Source: Diadema setosum (taxonomy: Eukaryota). Taken from it: a DNA stretch of 64,000 nt. Both the position numbers and the translations under genes were made by a program. Positions 1 to 13,140 of the stretch are shown piece after piece. Position 1 is the stretch's first letter, and every line of letters starts with the position of its first letter. The notes under the pieces are model-generated. The model searched no databases and was not told the DNA's origin. It saw only the letters and a list, made by a program, of their open reading frames with translations. The stretch covers positions 37,616,597 through 37,680,596 of the forward strand of contig NC_092698.1 of NCBI RefSeq assembly GCF_964275005.1, read 5' to 3'.

Positions 1-3000
1 CAACTATAGCTGCATATTGTAGCAGTACAACAAACATTTGTACACAATCTTGCATTACTTCTCCATAATCAGCATATTCCTCACGCACTTTTTCAAATAA
101 AGTGGAAATATTCAACAAGAGTAAGTCCAAATTCATTGGACTATGACTGTAAGGAAATGGAATAACATTGCCCAAAGTACAAAGTATATTCTAATGGGAT
201 AAATATGAACATTGTCATAATTACTTACATGGAAAAACTTACAAATTTTGAAAAATATGTGTACACATGTATTTGGGTGTCTCTTTAAGACAATTTTTTT
301 TTCATTGTTTTCTGTAAGTGGTGATGATGGACTGTGTTAGCTTAAAGTCATTAAACATTGTATTCTTCTAATGGCTACTTAAAATCATCACGATAAATAA
401 TGTACGGATTAGAGGTTACAGCACTTATATTTTGTATATCATTCATGGACATTAACCTTACATCTCTTAGATCATCCTGATAGTAATTCATTCTTTGAAA
501 TCACACACACATAAGAATAGTCCAGGAGACCCTACAACTGTATACTATGCTGAGCGCTGAGTAGTACAAGCATTTAGTATCCCAATACAGTATATTTGTA
601 GCACCATCCATTCTGCATCCAAATTTAATGCTGAACATAGACATGCCCACACACTGATAGGTTGAAACAAAAACATACAAGTACAGTCAATTCTGCATTA
701 AAAGTTGAATTGATTGGGACTGGAATAAAACTTTGGTTTTGGCAATATTCACTTGTATGCTGTCAAATGCCTTTCAAATTGCAATCCAAGAATTTACTTC
801 AACTGTAATAGGCATATTCACCACATACATGTATGCCCCTTTCAACAATGCAGAGCTGATTGTGTAAACTCAACGTGCCATTACTGTACATGACAAGACA
901 CAAGACACAGGACAAAACATGGCATTATTTTAAAAAAGAGAGAGATTTCCACAGATTACCACAATAAACCTCTGATGCTATATTTTCCTGGCCAATTTTT
1001 CTGTATACAAGTTTGCTGTTATTCCATAACTACACAGCGTGAGCACTGACCAAGTAGCCATGCCCTGGCTATTGCTTCAGAGTTATCCTTGAAATACACG
1101 TAAATAAAATATATAACTGCCTTTCCCTTGAAAGCAATGACAAGATGAACTAAAACCCTGAAGAAGAGAAAACCATGCCATAACCTTAAATGGATGAAAT
1201 TGCACTAAAACCACTCACAGCCTTATCATCTTTATGGATTTCTAATATCTACCAGATAAAATGATATGCAGCATTGTACCTTATCATGTACACTTATGTG
1301 CTCTCTGACAAATCAATGATCAATAGTAAATCAATAGTAAAGACGTGCCTACCAATTTGAAACTGCAATGTACATGTATCAAAACGTGTACACTGAAATC
1401 GTGATTTATAATCATCAATTGTATGAAGTTATTCCAAGAGAGAGAATGCAATTAGATCATTTTCTAACTCATACCAACTGTTCATGTGTATCTCACCTGA
1501 GCATTGAACATTTCCTGAATTCTCAACCCTAATATGAAATATGAATTTAAAATTAAGATTTATTTTTGCATGTTAGACTTTAATGGAATCATACAAATAC
1601 ATGTAGACCATGTAAAAGCTACATAACATGACATGTCTTTAACTTTCTCTGCTTATCATTCTTAAATTTGGTCACTTTGCTTAACTGTGATGGTAAGAAT
1701 ATAAAGACACATATAAGTACACTTCAGTAACTTGCATGGTTTACATGTTTTTGTGTGAAGACCTACATGTTGTATGGGTTTGAACCTGAGCACCATGTAC
1801 AGTTCTGCCAAAATGATTGCACTTTTTTTCACACTAAATGAGACAGCTGCGTGTAGCTTACCTCACTTATTCCCGCAAAAACATATACAGTACCTTGCTT
1901 TTACAGATAGATACCAATACAATTTACATTACATAAGCTTATTTATACACACAAGCAGTTATAATCAATACACCCGAACACAAAAGTTTGTGCTACAGCT
2001 GTAGTTGATCGTTTTTGCCAATCTGCCATTTGTGTCCATTTCTGCTAAAGACATTTACCAGTAGAAACAAAAATATATACATAATATGAATGAGGCAATT
2101 GTCATTGAACAAAAAAAAAAAAAAAAAAAAAATGAATGAGCAATGAGTTATTACAGTGCAAAAATAATGGTACGTACAATGTAGATCCAAATTACTTGCG
2201 CAATACCAGTACAAAAATGCATGTGATATGGAGAATTGTTTGGTTGTCCAAATGTAGCATTTACTGCACTCTAACATTAACCTTGACATAGCACTTTTTC
2301 CTCCACACTTTTAATGCCGGCAATGCTCAAAGGAAACATCACATGTTATATCAGCCGGTATAGAGAAAAGTGGATAATTGCCAGGTAATTAGGTACCTGG
2401 TGGCTTAATTATCTCATCGTGTGCCACACAATTCGTCCAGAGAAAATTTGCAATTTGGGCACAAGTACTGACTTATTCGTGCAAACACTGACACTAATCT
2501 AGGCACCTCTGTGTGCAGACACGTCTGACAAACGTATATTCACACAAGCATGCCACATACCATATAAACTGCTCTACTTGCAATATCACACTAATAATGG
2601 AAAGCTACTGGAAAGATTGCATAATCACATTGGGAAAATCAACACATATTGACATGATATACTACCAACTCCCACAACACTGCACTTCTCTAAACTGTGA
2701 CAATAATATATCAAAACAGAAAATACAATATACATTGCATGAGCACACACAATGCTATGACAGGCATGACATTTTGATATTTTGTTTGTATTGCAGAAGA
2801 GCGGTTGGCTTAGAGACACAAGCAAATGATCCAATCTTCTCCAAAAGCATTAGGGTGTGACAGTCAGCTACTAGAAAGACACTACCAAAGCCGCTGTCAA
2901 CCAAATGTCTAACTGCCTTCAATATATGATGCTTGCACATTCAATATCATTTAAATTTCCAGAAAATTTCACAAATCACATCCAAGAGAACTTTCAATAG

Positions 3001-3240
3001 TAAAGAGAGCTTGCATGAAGGTAACCCATGAAATATAAGTCTCGTTTAATTCCATTTCTGGTATCAATAATATACTAATGACTGTAATTGGTGTATTTTG
3101 GAATGATAAGGCACTACAAATGAGCATACATGTACAAATGTACATTGTATCTCAGCAGCCTAATAATGCCAACACATTTATACAACGATGATAAAGTAAA
3201 ACAATGATTCTTCATTCTATTTGTGAATGTATAATATGCA

Positions 3241-3246
3241 TTTATT
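3241..3246 (-). terminator. Candidate poly(A) signal AATAAA for the LYSMD2-like transcript, about 286 nt past the stop.
   Basis: Plus-strand TTTATT at 3241-3246 is minus-strand AATAAA, downstream of the stop at 3532. Confidence 0.3.
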
Positions 3247-3531
3247 TAAAATTATTTTTCCTTTTTGCTGAGAAGAGGATAGTGGAAACAAACAACATGG
3301 AACATTTAATACAGATGATGGTGCAGATAAAACTTTGTGAAATTCAATGACGGGCATTGGTCTTCCGTGAAGCAAGCAATCACACAATCAGTGAACAAAC
3401 ACCTAAAAATATATAATGACCACTGGAAGGGAGTTGAGGTGTACATAGAGCACCCAGACACAGGGGTTGGAGTTGTGGTGGAGATGTAGAGATGGATATG
3501 ATAAATAATAAGGGGAGGGAAGAAAGCACAC

Positions 3532-3790
3532 TTATACAGGCCAGCTTTTGTCTGCAACATTCTTGGTCTTTCGTTTGAGCCTACCTCCTAGGAGCGGAGA
3601 CAGGGAGCCCCCAACCTCCACGGGGGGAGTTGTCTCCACAAGATTGGACTCCCCTTCCGTTGCCACGGTGACTGCGCTGAGTTGGTAGCTCTCTCCAGGG
3701 GCCTTGCCCCCCTCAGCTATCCTGGTATAGCTCTGGGAGGGAGAAGGGGCTGACTGGATGTTGGGAGACATGGCCTCAATCTCACCAATA
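3532..3790 (-). CDS. LYSMD2: LYSMD2-like terminal exon (Ser/Pro-rich tail, stop at 3534..3532).
   Basis: Minus acceptor ttggtgtttccccacAG (AG at 3792-91), phase 2; encodes (S)IGEIEAMSPNIQSAPSPSQSYTRIAEGGKAPGESYQLSAVTVATEGESNLVETTPPVEVGGSLSPLLGGRLKRKTKNVADKSWPV*. Anchored to ORF 3532..3834(-). The three exons sum to 738 nt, i.e. 245 aa. Confidence 0.75.
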
Positions 3791-4496
3791 CTGTGGGGAA
3801 ACACCAACAAAGAAACAAAGAAACAAAACCTCAAAATGATACAGTGGAAATTACAGGCAAAAAATAAAAAGGATATTCAATTAAATACCAAAAAGTCTTC
3901 ATGAAAGCTGTAAAAGTGATTTGTACAATGTACTTTGAAAAATAATTAGGGACCAAATTACTGTAAATCTTGCTGAAAAAAAAAAATACTTAAAACTTTG
4001 CAGATTCAACTAATTTGACAGGTAACATGATCTGCATTTTATATATATAGTTGTAATTCCTAAAATTTAGACTGTAATATTATTGCATTTAAAATTACAC
4101 ACATGTAGACTGTCTCTATGTAACGTACAGGGTTTACACTCAGGCTGATCACTAAGATCATTACTAAATATGCCACAGAAATTCACAAGTTTAATGCTTT
4201 GCAAATTGATACTTATAAGGCAAATTTGTGAAAGGTTGAGTTTACAGTGTAAACTTTTCTATGATATCCCAGGGGAAAAATGATTGATTTCGCACCTTTT
4301 GGAAAAGAGCATTTGGGTTTATACAGGAGGCAATATTTTACATGTTCCTGATTTTGCAAATATCAGTTCTACAAAAAATTAAAAAAACAAAATATACATA
4401 CATATACAATGTACATTGATTATATATGTACTGTACACAGTAACATGCAATAATTTGGCAAACAGCAAATGAAATAGCCCACTCTGGCCGCCATAC

Positions 4497-4810
4497 CTGC
4501 TATTCTTCTCAATTTTCTTCAAATTGTGTTTCTTCTCCCTCACTTGTCTGTCAATACGATTAAAGAAGTCCATGGTTACATCTCGGTCGTCTTCTTCAAT
4601 TTTCCCCCCACTGTCCTCTTCCGAGTCTGAACTCCCTTCTCTCCTCTTGGCAGTAGGGGGCGCTCTCCTCGCTGGGCTTCCATTGGCGGTGGCAGTGGCC
4701 GTCTCTAGGACATTGGCTGGTAAGGGTTGGTCACCAACAGGAATGCTCAGCGTTTTCCTCATAAAAATGTCATTGGTGAACAGCTTGTTTGCTCTCTTTA
4801 TTTGTTCGAT
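4497..4810 (-). CDS. LYSMD2: LYSMD2-like exon 2 (second half of the LysM domain plus an acidic region).
   Basis: Minus acceptor tttgcatatgtccAG (AG at 4812-11); encodes IEQIKRANKLFTNDIFMRKTLSIPVGDQPLPANVLETATATANGSPARRAPPTAKRREGSSDSEEDSGGKIEEDDRDVTMDFFNRIDRQVREKKHNLKKIEKNS; donor CAG|GTATGG (GT at 4496-95). Human LYSMD2 has MEQIKRANKLFTNDCIFLKKTLNIPV...DFLQRLDLQIKL. Anchored to ORF 4379..4762(-). Confidence 0.85.
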
Positions 4811-7314
4811 CTGGACATATGCAAAACAAAAACAAAGAAGCAGAGGACGAAATCAATTCATGGACAGCCAAGCAAATTTCCAACGATGATTACATCATAA
4901 GATTTGGAGGGACTACTGAGGAATATTCACAGAGTTGTAAACATGCACTGTAGAAAACATTGTTTATCCACAGGAAAGAAAGGTACAACATGTAATTTTC
5001 AGCTTGAAAATATGCACCCACCAGAAATACAAGATCTGAGTCAAATGCATAAATATTCAACATCACTTTGAAGTCTGAAAATATGTAATATTTCATAATA
5101 TATTCATAAAGACAATCTAAGAGACAAAATGTTTGATATTTTGTCAAGTTCTACAGTACATTGTGCATGAGTATCGGGGTGTTATGTGTACGTACACTAT
5201 GTACATAACTTGGTTTTAATGGCATGTATCACTCAGAATTGAGTATTTACTTTTTCTTTTTTTTAGCATCTTGCCCAGTCAGGCAAGTAGATTTTCTAAT
5301 TGTTGCAGAACATATGTATGCCGAACATTGATTTTAAGAATAGGAGATATAAGAAAATGATATAGAAAATCACTTGTAAGTCAAGAGCTTGATAAAGCAC
5401 AGTCATTTGACCAAACAGCACAGGTTGATTCACATGCTTAAACACACTGGAGTATAAACAAACTTGGTTCAATACATGGTGTAAGTGTTGGAAAGTTGGT
5501 TGCTGTAAAATGAAATTAAGCAGTCAATATCTTTGGGCTTCTGTATGGTTGACTTCATGAATTTGAAGGGGGAAATGAAAAAAAAAAAGAGGTGACTTCA
5601 AAACTTTTTGCTTGCCCAATTTGGGCAAGCATTTTTCTCCTTGTTCCCAAACACTTGCCCGAGTTTGATTTTCACTTGCCCGGGCAAACACTTACATGTG
5701 TACATGTACAACTGAACATGTTGTACTTGAACGTTGCGCCTTGCATATTCTGTCACAAATAATTTTACTGTACAATGTGCGATGATTGGCTGTATTACTG
5801 TACATCATGGCGTATGTTACTGGACATGTGAAGTGGATACAGCGAACATATTTGAATGTACACTTTGTGCATTTGCATTGCCAAACCTCTCTATCTCCAC
5901 AGCCCATGGGTGCAAGATTACAAATTTTCCACTGTGTTGATAATAACATGTATCACTGGTGTGGGGGTGTGGAAGGTCAACAGAAGTACATGTATGTAAG
6001 AAAACAAAACAAAATAAAAGCATACATGTACAATGCAAAGTTTTACATATAGTCATTTGACTATCTTTGTAGAGCATATCTGACAAGAGATACATATCTG
6101 GTGTCTTGTTTTCTGGATGGCCGTAAAAGATAAGCCAGGAACTCACTTAGCTTTTCATGAAATGAAACGTGAACGGAAAGTACAGTACATTGTATAAACA
6201 CATGCCTCTTTCTCAAGTATACTTGGGGCAGGAATGGAACTACTTGTACATAGACGGCAACAATGGTCTATAGTAGAAAACAAAACAAAACTATTGTGTC
6301 ACTGATTGTACTGTACATGTACACTGTACAGCCCTGTAGCTGTGCATACACATACATTTGTGTACAAACTGTATAATATTGTATCAAAGCAATCATGGCT
6401 GCAGCATCAAGATCTCCCAGTTGTATTGCACATTAATGTACATCAATCTCAGCTACATATTGTAAAGGCCTATGAGAATACACTTGGATGTACAATACAT
6501 GTATGTACATGTGACAGGGCCCTGAACTGACCTTGGCAATCATTAACACAGAGACTAATGCCCTGAATACTTGGCCCTCTGTTTTAATTATCTACATGTA
6601 CAAGTACTACTAAAATCAAGGTTATGGAGTCCTTCCAGCAATGTGTGCATGAGTGTATCTACTGGATGTGATTCATTGTCAAACCAGAAGTGAGACCAAA
6701 TCCAAACCTTGCAAATGACTCAAAGTACTCTGTCACCAGGTGGCAGGAAGTCACTCTGGTGTAAAGTATAGGATACAATTGTATCATGCCAAATATATGG
6801 GTAGCATGCTGATTGCACTCTAAACACTGTAATGTGATGACTGTGTTTTTAATACAGCGTAACCTGTTTATTGCATCTTTCATATCATTCAGATACAGCT
6901 GTACATGTACAATATATGTACGTATGTCACCATAAATTATACATTGTACAATGTACACAATGCCCTCTGCACTGTGATTTCATTGCTCTTCTGCTCTTCT
7001 AGCATTGATACATGAGCATGTATGCATCAACAAACAGTCAAATCAATCATTGCATTACTAGTATTCATACATTGTACATTGTACAAGCAAGGAGGTATAA
7101 TACCTCCTTGGTACAAGATACTCTTGTATGAACACTCACTTCTAAACAATATGACTACAGTGTACAACCATGCACATCACCATAACAAATTGAAATTCAT
7201 CAACCATGTACATTTACATGTAAATCTTATAACCTGTTAAAGCTGATCACTACAAGTTAAATTCTTCACTGAACTGCATCACAGGACATTAGTACATACG
7301 TACATGTATTAGTA

Positions 7315-8218
7315 CAGTAAACCTCGGATAAGTCGACGTCGAGTGAGTCGAAAATCACTTAACTCGAAGCAAAATACAAAGTCCCGATTTTTCCCTATGT
7401 ATTTTCTCTAAGAAATATTTGGATAAGCCGAAGTACGAGAGTCGAATTTCGGCTGTGTCGAAGTAAAACCTTCAGTCCCTTTTGTACAAAACACACGTAA
7501 TTTACATCACTTGAGCCGAAGAAGATTTGTCTGGCATTCTCATTACATTTTCGAGAACAAAAAAAAAAATCGGCATGTCGCAGAACCCCGTCCCCTGACC
7601 TGCTGCAGGTAAGCATGCACACTCGCCGTACCGCTCCGCACGCATGTCGAATACATACACATGTATACATGTATACACACAGCACATCGATCCATACTTT
7701 ATCCATACACACAGCACATCCATACTAAACTTGGTCAACCAATCGCTGCTTTAATATTTTAGTGACAGGCCAAGTGGGCGGAGCTTGTTTGTGCGTGCCG
7801 CGCCCGGCTCGCTGGCTGTATAGTTTTGTTCAATGGAGGTGGGATGGGCCTGGAAGAGTGTTTGTCTCAGGGTAGGTTGACAGAAACGGCTCCCTATGTT
7901 GCACCATAGACATAGCACATGCACATTGCCACATTAGCGCAGACATTCTCAGAACTACGTTTTACCACTAGTATTGATACAAATTCCATGTTCAATTTAG
8001 AACAAAATAAGAACATTATCTTCAAGAACAGACAAATTTGAATGCAAACACACACACGCACGCACACACACACACACACACACATGCATGCAAATGTACT
8101 ATAATACATGTACATAACTGTGAGTCGAAAAAAAATCGACTCTCGCGAGAGTCGAAGTTCACTTAAGTCGACGCATTTTTGACAGTCCCGAGAGCTTCGA
8201 CTCATGCGAGGTTTACTG
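7315..8218. mobile_element. Non-autonomous Tc1/mariner-like MITE (~904 bp) inside LYSMD2-like intron 1.
   Basis: 12-bp TIR CAGTAAACCTCG at 7315 matches the reverse complement at 8218 (CGAGGTTTACTG), with further subterminal similarity (ATAAGTCGA / ATGAGTCGA). It is flanked by TA on both sides (7313-14, 8219-20). The interior holds GTCGA-rich subterminal repeats and an (AC)n microsatellite, with no transposase ORF. Confidence 0.7.
8046..8084. repeat. (AC)n dinucleotide microsatellite, interrupted by two CG.
   Basis: acacacacacgcacgcacacacacacacacacacacaca read directly. Confidence 0.9.
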
Positions 8219-11200
8219 TATTATTATTCTAATCATTATTTCGATACAGTACAGCTGTACACTGCACAGGCATGACCTGTACTATGATACTTGTCCCAAA
8301 TGGGGGAAAAACAGGGGCAACCAAGACTTTGAAAATTATAAATCTTTCAGTCAACAACTCATTATTGGGCTCTCTGCAAAATAGACTACAAAGAGCGTGG
8401 AGAAAACCACATTATCCTGACAGTCAGCATACATTGTACCAGGGTACACTGAATTTTTCATCATGCATTTTCAAAAAAAAAAAAAAACCCAACAAAACCC
8501 AACAAAACCCAACAAAACACACTTGAAAACAAAACACACACACAAAAAAACAACAACAACAAACATTATAGTTGCTGGTTCCTTTTTGTCACATTTACAG
8601 TAGACAACCACATAACCTTTACTCTCCCAAACTCACTGAGGCATAACGATGTTGTTTGCAATGCCACATTCAGGGGGTATTGCTGCAGTTTACAATGTAC
8701 AATAGGAATGTATAACAATTATTGAAAGTTTGTGTGTATATTAAACATGCATCAAGGTACTGGAGTTTCTCTTGGATATTGATGGTTGATAGTATTGCTC
8801 ACATATGCTACACTTGTACATCATACAAATTATATAATATACAATGCAACTGGCAATCCAGAGGAATTTTGACCAACAAAGAAAGTTATCATCTGAGTCA
8901 AACAAAAGCTATCAAAACAAGTGCATGCTGCATGCAGTGCTGGCTCTGTAGCTGTACATGTACAATTGTAGCTACTGTAGAGTTTATTTGTAGTAACTCT
9001 CTACACACTGTATCTAGGGCCAATTAGGGCCAGCTTGGGGATAATATATGCCAGGTGCGACATCAACGCGGTGCAAACTGCAGACAATACATGTACATTT
9101 GTAGTTATCGCACGCTGAGAACAAGTACTTTATAATCATACGCTAGTCAGCGAAAACATGAGCAAAATTTACATCGTACATTGTATACTGCATACCGTGT
9201 AAGAAACCACAATGACCCCGGACATACAAATTTGTATTTCATTTTTCTCTTTTTCTGTCGCATGATCTCATTAGGGTAGTGCACAGTAATAATATAGATC
9301 TACATACATGTACATGTACCCTTCAACTTTTCTTGTCCTTTGTTCCTCTTTTTTGTCCGAAGCCACTGATCTTTACATGTAAATAATTGTGAGATACAAT
9401 ACAGATGCACCCAAAACAGAAACAGAAAGGATACTGTGTAAAGATCATAATGCAAAAATGTGTATTGTGTTTCATCTGTAATCTAATCAGGGGTCAGTTT
9501 TTTTTACAATACAATTGTATGTACTGTACATGTAAAGCCATCTACTGCACAATTTGTATTTCCAACAGATCCCTGTGCTACACATAGTCTATGTCATAGA
9601 CTCAGTACTCGTGTTAGTGTACAGTAGACCTACACTATACAGTACATTTTACATACATGTACATTCACAGAATTGATCTAGACTGTGATCTAGATTCTAG
9701 ACTAGACCATTACAGCTGTTGCTCTTCTGTTTTCCTACCATTTTACTATGACTCTGAGCTGTCCTTGCCATTTCAATTGTATCGTACAAATGTACAGTGT
9801 ACATGTACATGTAGCCTCTGGAGAAAACTCTTCGACCTTCCCAATCCTTGGGCTTGGCTGAGTTCAAGGGATTACTTTTACACATTCTGCATCACAACAC
9901 TTCTGCATCTAAGACTAGACTCTCTAACCGCACCGTTACTTAGGCCGACACACAAACAACAACTTTGCAGTATGGTTGGGTGTTCATAATATCGGACACC
10001 TAAAGTTTTTCTATCAATAGAAACGTGAAAAATCTCACAATTTGCCTGAAATTTTACTCACGTGTGGAGAAAATACTCCGGATTCACAAGCGCGCACTGA
10101 AAATGCGATCTGAGGTACGCGCTCTAGATGGCGGCTTCGAACGCGTGGGGTGTCATTTTTTCCGCACTCAGTTGCCGGGCTCATATCGACCGACCACCCC
10201 GCCCTCTATTGACAATACGTATAAAGCGTACTTAAACGCGTTTTTTCGACAAGCTGCTGTTTTTTTCTAGTCGTAATTTTTTTCCCCAATAATATTTGAA
10301 TATATTTTGAATCCTTCGATATTACTTTTGAAGGACTGTTTGATGAATTTGACTTGATTTTCATTAGGAAACTTTTCATCGTAATTGAAATAAATTAGAT
10401 GAGTCGGTTTGTTTTTTCACATTCATTTCTCGTTTCTGCATCAACTCGTACGGTCGTAGCGGGCGACAAAATGTTTATGTCATGTGTATGTGTAACGTGT
10501 ACATGTGTGCACGATCGTACAAGCGGCGGTGACAATTTTGCGGTCAAAATCGTCAAATTTATTACGGAAGGATACTCTACATCTAACAACGAGTCAGCAA
10601 AGGTAGGCCTAGTTATATGTAGTTACACGATAAACCTTATTCGATTTTGCTAAATTTCGGTAATTTAGAGGGAATACTTAGTTGTTTTCGCCACATTTTA
10701 CTCGGTAGCGTAGCCCAGTGAAGAATCGAACACCGTTGCGCGTAGTCCCATGCGTACATTTTCTTTCTGTACGCGCAATGCCATTATAATGCGCGGCCGG
10801 TCGTTATGGACCCGGTCGGTGGGTTGGACCCCTACCATACATGTACATGGTACAATATGTTACACTACAGCTATATGCATTGGCAATGCAATCTCAGCTG
10901 CACAGCACAGTATGTTAAAAGGATTTTTTTTAAAAAAGGCTGCATTTCATTTTGACAAATTTGACAAGGGTAAATTTAAAGGCATTACCAAACAAGAAAA
11001 TTCTTGCTTCCCGTGATTTCTGAATTAGATTAAAAATCTAAATTGATAATCTTGTCAAATTTCGAAACTTTCTACATTAGGAATATGAGAAACACAATAA
11101 CACACTGTCAACATGGTCAACTGTATACCCTAGTAAGCACAATCGGTGTGTTTTCATGACAGCTAGTAGGGGCCTAGCCCTGGTTTCTCGTGACAGTGTC

Positions 11201-11313
11201 ACAACCCGTGGTCCGTGGAGCGGGCAGGCATTTTTACACACGTTCTGCAGCTGTGCTATGCCTATGGATGCACGTCAAGACAAAAATACTGAACGAACGT
11301 TTCATGTACTTAC

Positions 11314-11481
11314 CGGTACACCATATTTGATCGATATTCCTTGCAACGTTTCTCCTACTTCTATGTTGTGTTGTATGTACGTTTCTTGTTGTGATTTCAT
11401 CGTAGCTCCATATGATCGGCCATAGTTCTTATTTGACAGGCCCAGACGGGTCGTCTCACCCTTCAGTGCCACACTCGCCAT
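11314..11481 (-). CDS. LYSMD2: LysM domain-containing protein (LYSMD1/2 family, LYSMD2-like) exon 1, with start codon.
   Basis: Minus-strand ATG at 11481..11479 (GGAGACATGG context). Encodes MASVALKGETTRLGLSNKNYGRSYGATMKSQQETYIQHNIEVGETLQGISIKYGVP; donor CCG|GTAAGT (minus) at 11313-12. Matches human LYSMD2 ...RSYGSTASV...IERHVEHRVRAGDTLQGIALKYGVT. An in-frame stop lies 48 codons upstream of the ATG. Confidence 0.75.
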
Positions 11482-12330
11482 GTCTCCGTCTGCTGCTGCA
11501 CGTCTAACGTAGTCTCACCGCGCCGCACTTTTGACCGTATGATATGCACCCTGTATTCGTACGTAATACACACAGCAGAAAACCACAAGCCCTGCGCGAT
11601 GGATGGATGGAGTGTGTTCAATCTTGCAGCTTAGCTGGCGCTGTAGGTGATGAATGGCTGCCACTACTACCGGAGGATGGGCACCACCGGCACCAAAGAG
11701 TGTACGCTCTTTGGGCACCCGATAGGATGGGGATTGCTATCACTAGGACAGTCGACGTACCCGTGCGTCCGTATGCTGTTACTGCAATGCGCAAGTGATG
11801 AAATTTATGGTAACGTTATGGAGATGGTTTTTACGCGTTTTGATGTTCACACGCAGACAGCCCACACACGATAAGACAAACAGACGCTCTTCCTCAACCT
11901 CAGGGAATAAAATGATATGGGAATCAGTTCGTAGCAGTAACGTGCTTTAAAAGTTGGTGGACATGGGGTCGTTCGAGGTTACTTCCTCGAAGCCTCTTGT
12001 TTGTTGTCCTCCCCATTGGATGAGGTACCCGATTTTATCTTTCTGTTTAATTTGATTCACTGTTGTTGTCTCTTTTTTTTGTAATAAATTGAACTCAAAT
12101 AACGTGGAATCAATGATAGGAACTTACACCAAACATTTTTGTCTTACGATTCTCAGACAGAGATGCCAAGATCAGAGAGAAGATATGTGTGAGATTTTGC
12201 GAATGGATGCGATTTTGCAATTTTCCGATGGAGCGTTCGAAGCGACCGAGGGGGTGCGAGGGAGGGAGTACAGAGTGTCCCCAGGTGTCCCCCGAGTGGT
12301 TGGTCCCCCTCCTGCCGTCTAACGTTAGGG
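11482..12330 (-). promoter_or_regulatory. CpG-rich 5' flank / probable promoter and 5'UTR region of the LYSMD2-like gene.
   Basis: Local CpG density (cgcgccgcac, gcgcgatgg, ccggagg, tcgacgtacccgtgcgtccg, cgagggggtgcgagggaggg) is far above the AT-rich background. It lies immediately upstream of the minus-strand ATG at 11481. No TSS can be assigned from sequence alone. Confidence 0.4.
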
Positions 12331-12336
12331 TGTGTA

Positions 12337-12696
12337 CAGTTCTGGTCGAGGTGAGGATTTAGCTTTTAACATTTTGCGAGATATTCAGAAACCACTCTAT
12401 GAGATGTCTAAGAGCATGCAATTCTAAAGGGTATCAAAAGTTTATTTGATGAAAATCGGTTTTGAAATGGCTGAGATATCCAAAAACAAGGTGATACAAA
12501 GAGATCCTAATAAAGTTGTGGCCTGTCGCCTTTTATTATTATCACTTTTTTGGATCAGCCATTTCAAAACCAATTTTCATCAAATAAACGATGAATCCTT
12601 CTTAGAATTACATGCTCTTTCATATTTCATAAGAGGTTTCTCATTATCTCACTTAGAAATGTTCAAAACATGAATCCCTTTCCTCAACCAGTACTG
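12337..12696. mobile_element. Tc1-like foldback MITE, family B copy 1 (~360 bp; long internal palindrome).
   Basis: Termini CAGTTCTGGTCGAGG ... CCTCAACCAGTACTG with TA at 12335-36. The interior is a near-perfect hairpin (gatgaaaatcggttttgaaatggctgagatatccaaaaa // tttttggatcagccatttcaaaaccaattttcatc). A second copy in the opposite orientation lies at 35034..35385. Confidence 0.7.
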
Positions 12697-12987
12697 CACT
12701 GTCCCTTTAAGGGGCGTTAAACCTTGTAAATTGCGCTGTATGGAGCACATTGAATATAACACTTTGGCTTATTCTGATTTAAAATGAACAAAAGATTGTT
12801 CCAAAATGTTACTCTTTATTGTGGTTGGAAATCCACGTTTGCTCGTTTTGTTTAAATCATGTATTCATTAAGTTTATTGCTTTTTTTGGGGGGGGGCGGG
12901 GGGGGGGGGGCGGGGGTTGAATATGTAAGACGTGAGAAAAAGTTTGTCAGGCATGTGAGAAAGACGTATACCTCTATGAGCCGTGCT

Positions 12988-13140
12988 GAGTCATAATTTA
13001 CCATTTGCATAATTTACCATTTGCAGATGAAACAAAAACCCAACATTTTAGTGCTTTAAAAATAGTCCCAAAATGTGAGTTTGTGATAGAAACAACCACT
13101 GTAAAAATTTTAATCCGTATAATCAATAGGGTACTGGTAA
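12988..13140. repeat. 5'-truncated/partial copy of the ~380-bp interspersed repeat family (see 30072, 62186, 63209).
   Basis: ataatttaccatttgcagatgaaacaaaaacccaacatt...gatagaaacaaccactgtaaaaattttaatcc matches the first ~150 bp of the full copies. The ATAATTTACCATTTGCA start is duplicated. Confidence 0.7.

Noticed and set aside
2513-2860. 115-aa plus ORF downstream of the LYSMD2-like 3' end.
   Set aside because: No splice context or homology, in AT-rich low-complexity sequence. It lies in the probable 3' flank or UTR zone of the minus-strand gene.
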